Below, piece after piece: positions 63,756 through 64,000 of a DNA stretch of 64,000 nucleotides. The number at the start of each line of letters is the position of its first letter. The stretch's first letter is position 1. Under the pieces are notes generated by a model that searched no databases, was not told where the DNA came from, and worked only from the letters and a program-made list of their open reading frames with translations. The stretch is from Candidatus Latescibacterota bacterium (GTDB taxonomy: Bacteria; Latescibacterota; UBA2968; UBA8231), in the NCBI GenBank assembly GCA_965243025.1, contig CBDETY010000003.1, forward strand, positions 5,638,198 to 5,702,197. The letters are read 5' to 3'. The position numbers and the translations under genes are program-made.

Positions 63756-64000
63756 CTGAGTCGCACGCTGAGCCCCCAGATCTCCTTGGCCGCCTCGAGC
63801 CAGATATGGCGCGTGAGGAATTGTCGGACCGCGCAGTGGCCGCCCAAAATGAGATACGTGCTCTGCTGGATGCGGAATGTCAGGTTGGCGACCTCATCCG
63901 GATGGACTTTGGCGAGGCACACATTCTGGTTCACGACGCCCTGCGGCTGCAAGTCGGCGGCGTGCCCCACGGCTGTTTGTTGCTGGCGGCACGAACCCAG
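63753..64000 (+). CDS. hypothetical protein, 3' end outside window
   Basis: The frame is open from ATG 63753 to the window edge: MTESHAEPPDLLGRLEPDMAREELSDRAVAAQNEIRALLDAECQVGDLIRMDFGEAHILVHDALRLQVGGVPHGCLLLAARTQ. It is not in the ORF track because no stop is reached. The beta-barrel-like segment is reminiscent of N-termini of HerA/DUF87-type ATPases, but this is weak. Confidence 0.4.

Overview
High-G+C bacterial fragment of 64 kb (hand counts of single 60-nt lines give about 65-72% G+C in most places). Gene density is high, with about 55 supportable protein-coding genes. I found no rRNA, tRNA, CRISPR array or intact mobile element by eye. The many very long Arg/Pro/Gly-rich ORFs in the six-frame track are antisense or out-of-frame artefacts of the G+C content. 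FlgD-Ig-like C-terminal domains, WxRIKAS C-termini and short ParE/ParC-type topoisomerase genes hint at an uncultivated FCB-related lineage, with low confidence. Layout: (i) 0-14.7 kb is housekeeping and metabolism: E2-like protein, SDR, formamidase-family enzyme, S18, ArfB, sigma-70, PepF, ParE/ParC-like type IIA topoisomerase, DEAD-box helicase and an enolase-superfamily enzyme. (ii) 14.9-37.3 kb is a mosaic of small accessory, detoxification and oxygenase genes: DUF4159, Gfo/Idh/MocA, PhyH, methyltransferases, TfoX, GNAT, a YcaQ-like/T5orf172 pair, YdeI, TauD, DUF1801, sterol-desaturase-like, CN-hydrolase fusion, propeller hydrolase, VOC, ankyrin, metallophosphoesterase, PQQ propeller and Spy/CpxP-like. 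(iii) 37.5-45.4 kb holds three paralogous giant secreted discoidin-like proteins with FlgD-Ig-like C-termini, arranged minus/plus/plus. (iv) 47.7-52.9 kb is the most unusual locus: a tight operon of a P-loop ATPase, a STAND/ORC-like NTPase-wHTH-TPR protein, and an ECF-type sigma factor fused to a PheS-like class II aminoacyl-tRNA-synthetase core. It is my best candidate for an undescribed sensor/response, possibly conflict, system. (v) 53.8-59.1 kb carries a sugar ABC transporter, a propeller protein and a CBM9-like paralog. (vi) 59.5-64 kb is a decay zone with a drop in G+C. It holds an orphan RHH antitoxin with a vestigial PIN start, an MNT with a truncated HEPN partner, a multiply disrupted Swt1-like-HEPN/DUF499 N-terminus, a frameshifted lipoprotein gene and about 600 bp I cannot assign. 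All family assignments rest on motif recognition from memory, not on searches.
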